Of a stretch of 64,000 nucleotides of DNA, positions 46,380 through 56,441 are shown one piece after another; within the stretch, counting starts at the first letter, position 1; each line of letters begins with the position of its first letter. The DNA is from Patescibacteria group bacterium (GTDB lineage Bacteria; Patescibacteriota; Microgenomatia; UBA1400; PJMF01): contig JBMORP010000006.1 in NCBI GenBank assembly GCA_049322655.1, positions 512,410 to 576,409 on the forward strand, written 5' to 3'. The notes beneath the pieces were generated by a model, which worked only from the letters and a program-made list of their open reading frames with translations, ran no database searches and was not told the origin of the DNA. Position numbers and translations under genes: made by a program.

Positions 46380-46918
46380 AAGTTATATGCTGTAATCAGA
46401 GCCTGTTGGGCTGCTGGTCTAATTTTAGCTTTTTCTTGTGCCAAAAAATCAGCTATTTCAGACTCTTTAACTAATACTACTTCTGTTTTTTCTTTTAATC
46501 TCAAAATTTGGTTTTTTTCAATTATCACTCTACTAACTACCCACAACAAAAATGTTACTTCTTCATCATATCTTTGCTGTTCAATCACTCCATCTCTTCT
46601 GATTTCAGCAGCTTTCAAATCAATAGGCAACTCAAATTCTTCCTGAGCTTCTCTCTCCAATGCCTTTAACAAAATTGCATTACGATCAGAAACTTCCATT
46701 GCTTCTAAATCAGAATTAGTCTTTACTCCACCACTAACAAAACCTAACATCCCAGCACTTAACAAAGTCCAAAATTCATCACCCTTAACTCTTTCTTTTT
46801 TTTCTTTACCTCCAGCTTCTTTGGGCAATGAATCTTCTTTAGGTAAACTAAGAAAAACCACCTGCTCATCGTGGGTCAAAACACCGATCACACCGTTTCT
46901 TATTCTTGCTTTTTCCAT
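46376..46918 (-). CDS. hypothetical protein (180 aa)
   Basis: Translationally coupled to the kinase gene (4-nt overlap). Confidence 0.4.
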   Translation of the reverse strand: MEKARIRNGVIGVLTHDEQVVFLSLPKEDSLPKEAGGKEKKERVKGDEFWTLLSAGMLGFVSGGVKTNSDLEAMEVSDRNAILLKALEREAQEEFELPIDLKAAEIRRDGVIEQQRYDEEVTFLLWVVSRVIIEKNQILRLKEKTEVVLVKESEIADFLAQEKAKIRPAAQQALITAYNL

Positions 46919-46962
46919 GGTTTAGAAAGACTATGTGATATTAGTCGGATAAAAAATTAAAA

Positions 46963-48156
46963 TCATTCAATTTCTTTAAGCAATGATTTAGCCAGTGGTA
47001 AAACGCTAAAGATCGTGATCACACCTAAAACGCTAAACATTAATCTAGTTGTTCCAAAAGCAATAATTGGACCAGAAATAATCGCAAAAATAGTATAAAA
47101 AACACCAATAATCATACTTAGCGTAGAAATAGCTGTAGATCGATATTTAGAAGAAAAATGATTGTTAGTCATTCTACCCAAAACAATCCATCTGGCAGTT
47201 GATGCCGCCATTGAACCAGCTACAAAAGGTAGGGCCCACCAACTCTGTAAAACCAAGCCTGGTAAAAGTGAAAAAATCATTAACAAGGGAAAAAATAAGA
47301 TCGAGTTTCTTTCACTAAACAACTTTTTGTTTTGCAAAAGTTTGGTCAAAAAAATAATGTTAAATAGCCTCATTCCCCCAATTAAAAAGCCCCTTATTTC
47401 ATCACTAAAACCCAAATCAACCATCAAAGAATTATTAAAGTACAAAGCTGCTGACCAAGTAATACTACCCACAAAAATATAAAACCAAGAAAGTTTTTTG
47501 AGAAATTTATTTTTAAATGCTTCCTTGGCTCCCCACTTAATCTGTCTTAAATAGTTTTTTAAAGTAAAAACTTCAGAATCAACAGTAGGTTCTCGCAAAA
47601 AAGTGGCAAAAATCCCACCTAGTAAAAAGAAGCTTCCTTCTATGAAAAATGGAGCAAAAATATTCCACTTATAAACAACTCCACCCAAAACAGTTCCAAT
47701 AATTAAGCCAAGCTGATAAACAACTCCTTGCTTGGCCACAATATCTCCAAATTCTTGTTCCCGACCATCTTGTTTCAAAGAGTCATACAGTAAAGCATCA
47801 ACTGAACCAGATAAAAAAGAATCAGCCAAACCAATAAAAGCAGCTAAAATCAAATAGTGACTAAAACCACTCGCAAAAGGAAGTAGTAAAGAACTGGCTG
47901 AAAAAAATATAAAACCAATAATAATTGAAACCTTTTTACCCAAAATATCAGCAAAGGCACCTGTTGGTAGCTCAGAAATAATTTGAATAAAGTACTGAAA
48001 ACCAACTAAAAAAGAAATTTCTTCAATGGTGATAACTCTTCTATAAAACACAATCCAAATTGGAATGGAGAAAATTAAAGAGTGACAAAACTGCATTAAA
48101 TAATAAACAGCAATGTTTTTCTCAGAAATAGTATCTTTTCTAAAAGGATTAAACAT
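46963..48156 (-). CDS. MFS transporter
   Basis: 12 TM; MFS-like loop FLIGGMRLFN between TM halves. Confidence 0.65.
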   Translation of the reverse strand: MFNPFRKDTISEKNIAVYYLMQFCHSLIFSIPIWIVFYRRVITIEEISFLVGFQYFIQIISELPTGAFADILGKKVSIIIGFIFFSASSLLLPFASGFSHYLILAAFIGLADSFLSGSVDALLYDSLKQDGREQEFGDIVAKQGVVYQLGLIIGTVLGGVVYKWNIFAPFFIEGSFFLLGGIFATFLREPTVDSEVFTLKNYLRQIKWGAKEAFKNKFLKKLSWFYIFVGSITWSAALYFNNSLMVDLGFSDEIRGFLIGGMRLFNIIFLTKLLQNKKLFSERNSILFFPLLMIFSLLPGLVLQSWWALPFVAGSMAASTARWIVLGRMTNNHFSSKYRSTAISTLSMIIGVFYTIFAIISGPIIAFGTTRLMFSVLGVITIFSVLPLAKSLLKEIE

Positions 48157-48261
48157 AAAAAATATTTCAAGTTAATGAAAAGAGGTATTATAGCTGAAAA
48201 AAACAAAACCACTCCCCTCAACCCCCAAGAGTAAGCATCTCATACCAACCTGAACAGAAAA

Positions 48262-50598
48262 TTACAATCTAGCCCTAACCTGAATCTCAGCTTCAACCAC
48301 TTCTCTATCCTTACCATATTTAAGTCTAGACAGCTGCTTAATCATCTCAGCCAGCTTAGGATTCATCCTGGCCTTAACTTCATCCATATCCTTCTCTAAA
48401 GACATACTAAAGGCTGGCACTGGCTCATTGCCGACGATGGTTTTAATATAAACATGAAATTTTTCAACATTAGCTAAATCATTTTCAGTAAAAGTGGGTG
48501 TAAATTCATGTTGCAAGAAATTGGCATCAGTGACACCAACTCTAAAAGAAACAATCGTGCCAACGTTACCAAAGACAGCGTTTTTTACTTCTTCATCAAT
48601 TTGACCAATAAATTGATTAGCCACAGTTAAGTTGAGCTTATATTTACGAGCTTCAGAAAGAATGGTGGCAAAATCTTCTGTCGCATAGTTTTGAAATTCA
48701 TCAACATATAAAAAGAAGTCTTGACGTTGATCCATCGGAATATCTTGACGACTCATTGCGGCAGTCAAAACCTTTGGCACCAGAATCAAACCTAAAAATT
48801 TAGCATCTTCTTCACCAAGAATACCTTTGGATAAATTACATAAAATAATCTTCTTTTCATCCATTGCTTTTCTGAAATTAAATGCACTATATGGCTGACC
48901 AATAATGTTTCTCATGGTCTTATTGGTTACAAAACGACCAAATTTAGACACAATGTAATCCAAAACTTCTGACTTATGAAAATCACTGGTTTGGGCCATT
49001 TGATCTGTCCAGTAACGTTTAACTACAGGGTCTTTAACTAAAGGCAATAACTCTTCAACAAATTTTTGATCGGTCAAAGCCCGGACTAACTCAATAAAGG
49101 TGGAACCTTCCTTAGACATAATCGTTAGCATGGCATTACGAATAGCATGCTCAAAACGAGGCCCAATAATACCAGTACGATGTGGGTCATAAAGTTTGTA
49201 CATTAAACCAATCACCGAACTTACCACAAAATGTTTTTGTTCCTCTGTGTCAGCCTCCATCATATTTAAACCCATCGGTCTAGCCAGGTCAGATGGGTTA
49301 AAGTAAATGACATCTTCAGCTCTTTCAGGCGGAACAAGTTGCAAAATGTCTTCAACAAACTCTCCGTGAGGATCAATGGCACAAACCCCCTGACCACTCT
49401 CGATATCTTGCATAATCATTTCTTTTAAAAACTCAGACTTACCAGTACCAGTTTTACCAATGATGTACATGTGTCGTTGTCTATCCTTGAGACTCATATA
49501 AACATTTCTGACTTCTCCACGGTAAACAGATTTGCCCAAAAACAAACCCTGGTTAGGAATTAAATGAGGTGCTGGAGCATTCTTGGCTGTCAACCATTTA
49601 ATGTGATGGGTCTCAACTGTTTTATTAGGAAAATGAAAGACCGTTGCTAATTCTTCAGTATTCAAAACAAAACTCCCCCAACCAAAAAGAGGCATATAAC
49701 GATAGATAAAATCAATCATGAATAAATGCTTAATAAAAAACCAAGGTTTTTCAAACTCATTGTATGCAGAGGTAAATTGAGCAAAAGCTCCATGAATATT
49801 GCTTAGGTGAGACTCTGCTGCTACTTCTGTTGGTGAAGAGACCACCATTCTAATGGAAACTCTAAAACCTGGTTTTTCCACCTTAGTTGTTACTGCTTCC
49901 ATTTCTTTGGGGTCATGACCATAGGTAGCTTTTTGTGGATCGGCCTCTCGTTTCTTTTCATTCTTGATGTAATTTCTACCTTTTTTCTGCCATTTATTCC
50001 CCTCAGGGTGAATTAAAATTTGCAAAATCGCCCCTTCTCCTTCTCCCATTTTGGAAAAAGCAGAAGTAATTAAAGACAAACCGTCTGTTGGTAAATCTTT
50101 ATAAGTTTTTAAAGGCAAATATTGGGCATCTTTTAATTTCAAAGAGGTGAAAGCTACCCGACCTTTTTCATTAAAAATATTTACCTCATCTTGTTCTTTA
50201 ATATCAGCGAAAGGATAAGCTCCATGAATTTGTTTCTCGACTAAATCTCTAATTTTTTTGGAACAACTAACATAAAAACCGATTTCTTCTTTTAACCCAA
50301 CCAACTCAAAACTAATCAACTCCTCTGGTTCCAGAAATGAAAAAAAACCACTTTTCTTTAAAGAGTGCAAACCAGCAAACATTTGCTCAGCGGCATCAAT
50401 CTTGATTTCATTATCCTTTGGTAAACGAACTAAGAGCGTCACAAAGTCTAAAGAATAATCTTCTCTTCTTCTGTGCTTAAACCATTGAAAAAACAAATAA
50501 CTCAGAAAGAATAAGGCTACCCCCAATACCAACACCAATAATAGATTCATAAAAAACAAAGATACTTGATTGACAAAGTCAGCAGAACCAAACATCAT
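48262..50598 (-). CDS. membrane-anchored P-loop ATPase, DUF87/TraG-VirD4 (type IV coupling protein)-like, 778 aa
   Basis: Two N-terminal TM helices. Walker A IIGKTGTGKSE. Walker B FFLYVDEFQNY. The motif NLTVANQFIGQ is typical of the TraD/TrwB/HerA-like family. Confidence 0.55.
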   Translation of the reverse strand: MMFGSADFVNQVSLFFMNLLLVLVLGVALFFLSYLFFQWFKHRRREDYSLDFVTLLVRLPKDNEIKIDAAEQMFAGLHSLKKSGFFSFLEPEELISFELVGLKEEIGFYVSCSKKIRDLVEKQIHGAYPFADIKEQDEVNIFNEKGRVAFTSLKLKDAQYLPLKTYKDLPTDGLSLITSAFSKMGEGEGAILQILIHPEGNKWQKKGRNYIKNEKKREADPQKATYGHDPKEMEAVTTKVEKPGFRVSIRMVVSSPTEVAAESHLSNIHGAFAQFTSAYNEFEKPWFFIKHLFMIDFIYRYMPLFGWGSFVLNTEELATVFHFPNKTVETHHIKWLTAKNAPAPHLIPNQGLFLGKSVYRGEVRNVYMSLKDRQRHMYIIGKTGTGKSEFLKEMIMQDIESGQGVCAIDPHGEFVEDILQLVPPERAEDVIYFNPSDLARPMGLNMMEADTEEQKHFVVSSVIGLMYKLYDPHRTGIIGPRFEHAIRNAMLTIMSKEGSTFIELVRALTDQKFVEELLPLVKDPVVKRYWTDQMAQTSDFHKSEVLDYIVSKFGRFVTNKTMRNIIGQPYSAFNFRKAMDEKKIILCNLSKGILGEEDAKFLGLILVPKVLTAAMSRQDIPMDQRQDFFLYVDEFQNYATEDFATILSEARKYKLNLTVANQFIGQIDEEVKNAVFGNVGTIVSFRVGVTDANFLQHEFTPTFTENDLANVEKFHVYIKTIVGNEPVPAFSMSLEKDMDEVKARMNPKLAEMIKQLSRLKYGKDREVVEAEIQVRARL

Positions 50599-51371
50599 TT
50601 TTGATCCTCCTCAACAAAGCGATAAATTACTTTACCAGAAAAAACCTTCATGATTTTTCTGCTCCATTCCACTAACCAACGAATACTAAATTTAGGGCTC
50701 TTTGTAGCTCCTTGTTTTTCTTCTTCTGAAGTTATTGGTAAAACCACGACTGGCTGAGCAGGATAATGGTGGTCAGTGGGTTGGGTATTAGAACCATCAG
50801 CAATTACTATTTCTTTTGGAGCAGTGGCTGTATGATCTTCAACTTTTTGTAAATAACTTTCCACTTCTGGAGGAATCTCTGGCGTTGGCTCTAACTCGAC
50901 TTGTTGAGCACCTCTTGCCGCATCAACAGCTAATTGATCTAAAGAAACACTTTCAACTGATTCCTTGCTTCCAGCTGGGCCAACTGGATACTGAGGATTT
51001 AGAGTATTTGTTTTATCAGCAATTACTTGAGGAACCACTTGAGATAACAACCCTGTTTGAACATCTGAACCGCTAGCAGATCCGACCTCATCAGTTTCTA
51101 CTTCAGTTATTGCCTCAGCCAACAAATCCAGAGCACGATTGCTAGGAGTTTTTAAATCAGAAGAGGTTGTTAAATTATTAAGATCATTTAGATCTGCTGT
51201 TAAATCTGAAATTGGTTTATCTGGGACTGATTTAGACGAAGAAGTTTGAACTGACTGGTTTTGAGTTGCTCCAATAATGCTTTTTTTCAACAAATTACCA
51301 ATCGCTGAATTGGGATTGCCAACAAAACGACTGACCATCTTTTGAGCTGGTTGGGCAGAACTATCTGACAC
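50595..51371 (-). CDS. hypothetical low-complexity protein (258 aa) translationally coupled to the ATPase
   Basis: 4-nt overlap with 48262-50598; S/T/D/E-rich; no recognised family. Confidence 0.4.
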   Translation of the reverse strand: MSDSSAQPAQKMVSRFVGNPNSAIGNLLKKSIIGATQNQSVQTSSSKSVPDKPISDLTADLNDLNNLTTSSDLKTPSNRALDLLAEAITEVETDEVGSASGSDVQTGLLSQVVPQVIADKTNTLNPQYPVGPAGSKESVESVSLDQLAVDAARGAQQVELEPTPEIPPEVESYLQKVEDHTATAPKEIVIADGSNTQPTDHHYPAQPVVVLPITSEEEKQGATKSPKFSIRWLVEWSRKIMKVFSGKVIYRFVEEDQK

Positions 51372-51424
51372 CCTTTTATAATACTTGTTTTATGAGGCAG
51401 AAGAAAGGGTTAGTCATTCAGAAA

Positions 51425-51889
51425 TTACTGATTTATATCAAAAAGTTGTAGGTTCTTGCTAACGGGAATTTCGAGCACCATATCAACTAAGCCGGGAGAA
51501 TAATATTTAGGTAAATCTTCTTGATCATTTAGATCAAGGGGTGGCTGAAGATTGCGTTCAACTCCGATGATTTTGCCTTCTCTAATCCAATATAAATCGA
51601 TAGCAAACCTCATATCTTTCATCCAAAAAACTGGATTAACTGGCTCAGCAAACACAAATAACATCCCATCGGCTTTTTCCAAAGAAGGTCTTCTACCTAA
51701 ACCTTGAGCAATGCTTTCTGGAGTTTTAACTACTTCAACTCTTAGTTTCTGTTTATTTATTTGCCAACTAATGACTTGACGATCTTGAACCAAACCAAAG
51801 TTTTGTTTTCGACTAGCAAAAATAAAAATGACAACTCCAACAAAAAGACCAATAATTAACAAGATAATTAGCTTTTTGTTTTTTTGCAT
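51425..51889 (-). CDS. DUF192 (COG1430) domain protein (probable start at the internal Met; the ORF could extend to 51943)
   Basis: MLFVFAEPVNPVFWMKDMRFAIDLYWIREGKIIGVE is the DUF192 core. Confidence 0.6.
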   Translation of the reverse strand: MQKNKKLIILLIIGLFVGVVIFIFASRKQNFGLVQDRQVISWQINKQKLRVEVVKTPESIAQGLGRRPSLEKADGMLFVFAEPVNPVFWMKDMRFAIDLYWIREGKIIGVERNLQPPLDLNDQEDLPKYYSPGLVDMVLEIPVSKNLQLFDINQ

Positions 51890-52620
51890 TGATTCATTAT
51901 CCAACAAACTACCACTAAAAAGCCAACCAAAAAAATAAACCACTGATTAGTTCCCAAACCCAACCAAACAAAACTTTTGTCTATTCTTAAAAAATCTAAA
52001 AGAAAACGAATCAAACCATAGTAAACTAAATAAAAAACAAAAAAATCACCTTTGCCAAACTCAAAAAATCGTCGTTTTTTTAGAAAAAATAAAACCAACC
52101 AACCAACTAGAACTAACAACCCTTCATATAAAAACAAAGGATGAAAATAGTCATTATCTAAAAAAGCAACCGGCCTATTTTCCGGTTCAATGTAAATTCC
52201 CCAAGAAAATTCTGTTGGCAAACCATAAAGCTCTTGGTTTAAAAAATTTGCCCACCGACCAATAAATTGGGCAATAGGTAAACCAAATGCCACTCCATCC
52301 AAAAAGATTTTTTTATTAATTGTTAATTTTTTTGCTGCAAAATAGAAACCAACCATTCCACCAATAATTGCTCCCAAAATACTAAGACCACCCTGCCAAA
52401 CAAAAAAAACTTGCAAAATATTATCTTGATAGAGGTGAAAATCTGTCACCACATGCCAAAACCTAGCTCCTACCATCCCACTCAACAAAACTAAAAAACT
52501 TAATTGATAAAAAACTTTCTCTGAAAACCATTTTTTAGTGAATCTTTCCGTCACCAACACTCCACACACAATAGCGATACCAACAACTAGCCCATACCAA
52601 TGAAACTGCAATAAACTCAT
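51868..52620 (-). CDS. lgt: prolipoprotein diacylglyceryl transferase
   Basis: GGLSILGAIIGGMVGFY and the GRWANFLNQELYG signature. Confidence 0.85.
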   Translation of the reverse strand: MSLLQFHWYGLVVGIAIVCGVLVTERFTKKWFSEKVFYQLSFLVLLSGMVGARFWHVVTDFHLYQDNILQVFFVWQGGLSILGAIIGGMVGFYFAAKKLTINKKIFLDGVAFGLPIAQFIGRWANFLNQELYGLPTEFSWGIYIEPENRPVAFLDNDYFHPLFLYEGLLVLVGWLVLFFLKKRRFFEFGKGDFFVFYLVYYGLIRFLLDFLRIDKSFVWLGLGTNQWFIFLVGFLVVVCWIMNQCKKTKS

Positions 52621-52622
52621 AG

Positions 52623-53123
52623 TTAAAGTAATACTAATAAATGTAAAATTAAAAAAAATAAAACACTACCAGCTATGATTTTTTGTAAGCTTTGCTTAGT
52701 GGGTTCCACCTTCACTCCAGCTAAAAATTTGGCAAAGAAAAAGCTGGGATTAGCTAGCTTTCTAAACATCTCAACAATAAAAAAAAGAATCAAACCACCC
52801 ATAAAACCCATGGCAAAAAAGCTTCCAGAAGAAGTAAAAACAAAAATAGCAGTAGGAATCAAAGCCAAAATATAAAGTGGTGATCGGGTCACAAAGAATT
52901 TTTTAACAGAAAAATTTTTATCAAGATCTTTATCTTGATAAAAAGAAAACAAGTATTCTTCGTCAAACATGGTAAAACTTACTCCCAAGATAGCTCCAAT
53001 TAAAAAGAAAAGGAAATCCCAAAAACTACTAGTAAAAAAGAAAATAATTAATGAATAAATCAGGGCCGACACAACATAAATTCCAACTTTGTTAACGATT
53101 TTTTTTAAATCATTTGCAGTCAT
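52623..53123 (-). CDS. hypothetical membrane protein (4 TM)
   Basis: Hydrophobicity pattern only. Confidence 0.4.
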   Translation of the reverse strand: MTANDLKKIVNKVGIYVVSALIYSLIIFFFTSSFWDFLFFLIGAILGVSFTMFDEEYLFSFYQDKDLDKNFSVKKFFVTRSPLYILALIPTAIFVFTSSGSFFAMGFMGGLILFFIVEMFRKLANPSFFFAKFLAGVKVEPTKQSLQKIIAGSVLFFLILHLLVLL

Positions 53124-53139
53124 GATAAATTCCTCAATA

Positions 53140-54309
53140 TTAGTCGATTATTTTAAGGTCTAAAATCTTTAATAAACTTTGATCAACCGTAGTTTTAAAC
53201 TCTTCATCTTGTTCATAGTTAGCTGCTAAAAATTCAACCATACTTGCTAGATCATCATAGTTTACTTTTTCCCCAAAAACTAAAACATCATTGCCAGCAA
53301 TAATTGCCATTTTGGCCGTCATCTCAAGAGAAACTTCTTCACCATTTTCATCAGTAATTCTAGCTGACTCCATTTCTAAAGCATCAACAAAAACCATTAC
53401 ATCAGGAAAATGAACTGGAAAAGGGTCAAGACAAACTTTGCTCAAACTACAGGGCAAACCAGCTGTTCTATCAGGGACAACTACATGAGCAGACATCACA
53501 CCAATATTAGGAAAAGCCGAAAAAAGTCTTTCAAAGGGGGTAGTATCCTGAGAACCAGGATAAACCTCTTGTTGATAAAAATGTAAATCTTTAGTCAAAC
53601 TACCAATTCCCGGATAATGTTTAACTACTGCCAAAATTCCTTGCTCACCAAAAGATTTGATGTAATCTTCAGCCGTACTCAATAAGGCAAGTTGGTCTTT
53701 ACAAGCTCTAGTTTTCAAAAAAGACCCTTCTCTTGGCACATCAACTACTGGAGCAAAAACAATGTTGACACCAGCAGATCTAAGTTCTCTTGCTGATTGT
53801 TCAAAAATAGATAATTTTTCTCCAGTTGATTCTTGGCAAATAGCCGCCCAACTAGGCAAACTCAAAAAACCATCACCAGCCAAACGTTGGACCGTCCCAC
53901 CCTCGTGATCAACTGCAACCAAAGGCACAAACCCAGCTTCAGCAACGGGTAAATGTTGAGTAAAATCTTTAACTGTTTCCATATTAAGCTTTGAACCAAA
54001 AATCGTCACAAAACCAGGCTGATGTTCATAAATAAACTCCATTTCAGCAGTTTGAGAAGCTTCTTGATTGTTTTCAAGGGAAACAGGCAAACTAACTAAT
54101 TGCCAAATTTTTTGTTCTGTAGAAAAACTATCTAGAATTTGCTGTTCTTGAGAAAGAGTCGGCTGAGGGGTAACACTCGCCAATTGTTGATTGGCCGTTT
54201 GTTGAGCTTGAAAAAACTTTAGAAATGGACGTTGAAAATAATTGTAACCACTCAACACAGTTAACAAAAAAAGGGCAACAATTAAAATCTTGGTTGAAGA
54301 GTTATTCAT
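53140..54309 (-). CDS. nagZ: glycoside hydrolase family 3 beta-N-acetylhexosaminidase (NagZ-like), with N-terminal signal/TM
   Basis: VKHYPGIGS (the KHFPGHG motif), a GH3 N-terminal domain, 389 aa. Confidence 0.75.
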   Translation of the reverse strand: MNNSSTKILIVALFLLTVLSGYNYFQRPFLKFFQAQQTANQQLASVTPQPTLSQEQQILDSFSTEQKIWQLVSLPVSLENNQEASQTAEMEFIYEHQPGFVTIFGSKLNMETVKDFTQHLPVAEAGFVPLVAVDHEGGTVQRLAGDGFLSLPSWAAICQESTGEKLSIFEQSARELRSAGVNIVFAPVVDVPREGSFLKTRACKDQLALLSTAEDYIKSFGEQGILAVVKHYPGIGSLTKDLHFYQQEVYPGSQDTTPFERLFSAFPNIGVMSAHVVVPDRTAGLPCSLSKVCLDPFPVHFPDVMVFVDALEMESARITDENGEEVSLEMTAKMAIIAGNDVLVFGEKVNYDDLASMVEFLAANYEQDEEFKTTVDQSLLKILDLKIID

Positions 54310-54649
54310 CTTTTTTAGCTTTCTTCTCGTCCTTTAATTGTTTTACTTTCCACATAAAAAGTCTAGCTTTACTTCTTGCATTAGCATCACTAACAAAAGA
54401 CAAAGCCCTTTCCAAGAGCCCTCGCTCTTCTTTTTTAGCCATTCTCATATATAAGCTAACTCTCTCTAAGTCACCTAATTCAACAGCTAACCGGTAACCA
54501 AAATCTTGGAACTCTTTTGATATATAGCCAGGTTTTTCTTTAATTTGGTATTTATCAAATAATTTTTGAACAGACTCAAAACCTAATTTTGATTGTTTTT
54601 TTGATTTATCTTTTGGAGAAGAAACCTGGGGGAAAAGACCATCCTGCAT
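54302..54649 (-). CDS. hypothetical basic protein (115 aa)
   Basis: ORF only. Confidence 0.35.
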   Translation of the reverse strand: MQDGLFPQVSSPKDKSKKQSKLGFESVQKLFDKYQIKEKPGYISKEFQDFGYRLAVELGDLERVSLYMRMAKKEERGLLERALSFVSDANARSKARLFMWKVKQLKDEKKAKKDE

Positions 54650-54669
54650 CTTGGTTATATTCTAACAGG

Positions 54670-55908
54670 TTAGTCCTCATGTTTTTTACTGATTAACAAA
54701 CTCAATAAAGTTCCAATCGCTGCTACCAAAAACAAACCATTCCATTCCATGGAAGAAAACAAGAAAATAACAACAAACAATAACCAAAAAATGACTGTAG
54801 CAAAACTCACAATCATTTCTCTATAAGTAAAATAAGAAAAAGCTTCTCTACCCTTACCCCTATTCATTAATACTCGATCAAAAAACAACCAATGAAAATT
54901 ACCAGTAATTTTGTCGATCGCATCTGTCAGCGCAATTGACCAAAACCCAAGAATTTGTGACCTGATATACCACAAGAAAGATAAAATTCCACCAGAGACA
55001 AAAAATGGTTGCTTTTTAATCTCTGAATCTAAGCGCAACCCCACAAATAAACTCAAAATCATTGAAACCAAAAAAGATAAACTATAAACAATCCCTACTT
55101 TCTCTGTGTTCCCCAAAAGCAAAAATACATATAATGGCCAGATATAAACTGAATTATCATAAAAAGCTTTTCCAACAAGAGAAATACCCAACTTCCAAAA
55201 CCGCCAATCATTTAACCAAAATTTAAACTCCTTAAGAGAAATATTGTCTTTCTCCTGAGCAAAATCGATAAAATAAGAAAGAAAAGATCCCACAGCTACC
55301 ATTGCCACTCCAATACTAAACAAAGTTTCATAACCAAAAATAAAAATTACAAAACCACTTAAGGCTGGGGCGACCAACCAAGTCAAATTAAGTAAAACCT
55401 GCATAAAACCCAAGTCTGTGCCCATCCTAGACCTTCTGGCTCCTTTTGAAAGAAGAGTATTAAATCCACCCCACATTAAGGCTGTTGACATAGCATCAGC
55501 TGGAATTGCTAGCCACAACCAATTGGGGTTTTGGGTAGCAAATCTCAATGCAATCAACTCAATAGCATAGGTCAAAAATGACAACATGAAACTGGCTGAA
55601 AAACCATATTTTTTCATGAATTTTCCAGAAGGAATAAGTAAGAAAAAAATTAATAATCTAGCCAAGATAAAAAACCCAGCTAATAAGACCACTCCCCCCT
55701 GAAAAGGGGTTAAACCAAACTCTGTAGATAAAAATCTTATTTCTTGACCAAGCTGAAATAAAAAAACTGGTAAGAAAAACAGCGCGAATTTATTGGCTAA
55801 TTCTCTAACTACCCTAATTGCAAACAACAACTTCATGTTTTTTGACCCATCAACCGAAATTCTTGGGAACTGAAAATGGTGAGAGTGATTGAAGTTTATA
55901 CTGGGCAT
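54670..55908 (-). CDS. polytopic membrane transporter (MFS-like); likely start at Met near 55834
   Basis: About 12 TM. Confidence 0.5.
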   Translation of the reverse strand: MPSINFNHSHHFQFPRISVDGSKNMKLLFAIRVVRELANKFALFFLPVFLFQLGQEIRFLSTEFGLTPFQGGVVLLAGFFILARLLIFFLLIPSGKFMKKYGFSASFMLSFLTYAIELIALRFATQNPNWLWLAIPADAMSTALMWGGFNTLLSKGARRSRMGTDLGFMQVLLNLTWLVAPALSGFVIFIFGYETLFSIGVAMVAVGSFLSYFIDFAQEKDNISLKEFKFWLNDWRFWKLGISLVGKAFYDNSVYIWPLYVFLLLGNTEKVGIVYSLSFLVSMILSLFVGLRLDSEIKKQPFFVSGGILSFLWYIRSQILGFWSIALTDAIDKITGNFHWLFFDRVLMNRGKGREAFSYFTYREMIVSFATVIFWLLFVVIFLFSSMEWNGLFLVAAIGTLLSLLISKKHED

Positions 55909-55917
55909 GGAATCAGA

Positions 55918-56439
55918 CTATCGTAGCAACTCTTGTGCCACTTGCTCAATAAGAGCTTTAATTCCAGGCTCTTCTTCTCTGTTAAAATTGGCCAAAACAT
56001 AACTCGATCCGGGCATGCTTCGATCTCCAGCCCGACCATCAATCCCAATTCTAAAGTGCATAAAATCAGCTGTACCCAAATGTTGATAAATAGAGCTCAA
56101 GCCATTATGGATTTTGGGGCCAACCCCCTGTTGCCGTTTAATTTTACCCAACTCAATATCCAAATCATCGTGGACCACAATCAACTCAGTAGTTGGATTT
56201 ATTTGGTAATAATCACAAACCGCTCTCACTGCCTTACCAGAGTCATTCATAAAAGTCTGTGGTTTAACCAAGATATACTCTTGGTTTTTAGCTACTAACG
56301 AAAAAGTTTTAGACGAATTAGTAAAGTTGAGTGCTAGCTTTTGAGCTAGCAAGTCAGCCACCATAAAACCAACATTATGTCTGGTTTGTTGATATTTATC
56401 GCCAATATTACCTAAGCCAACAATTAATTTCATAATCAT
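55918..56439 (-). CDS. pth: peptidyl-tRNA hydrolase
   Basis: MKLIVGLGNIGDKYQQTRHNVGFMV is the canonical Pth N-terminus. Confidence 0.9.
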   Translation of the reverse strand: MIMKLIVGLGNIGDKYQQTRHNVGFMVADLLAQKLALNFTNSSKTFSLVAKNQEYILVKPQTFMNDSGKAVRAVCDYYQINPTTELIVVHDDLDIELGKIKRQQGVGPKIHNGLSSIYQHLGTADFMHFRIGIDGRAGDRSMPGSSYVLANFNREEEPGIKALIEQVAQELLR

Positions 56440-56441
56440 AA

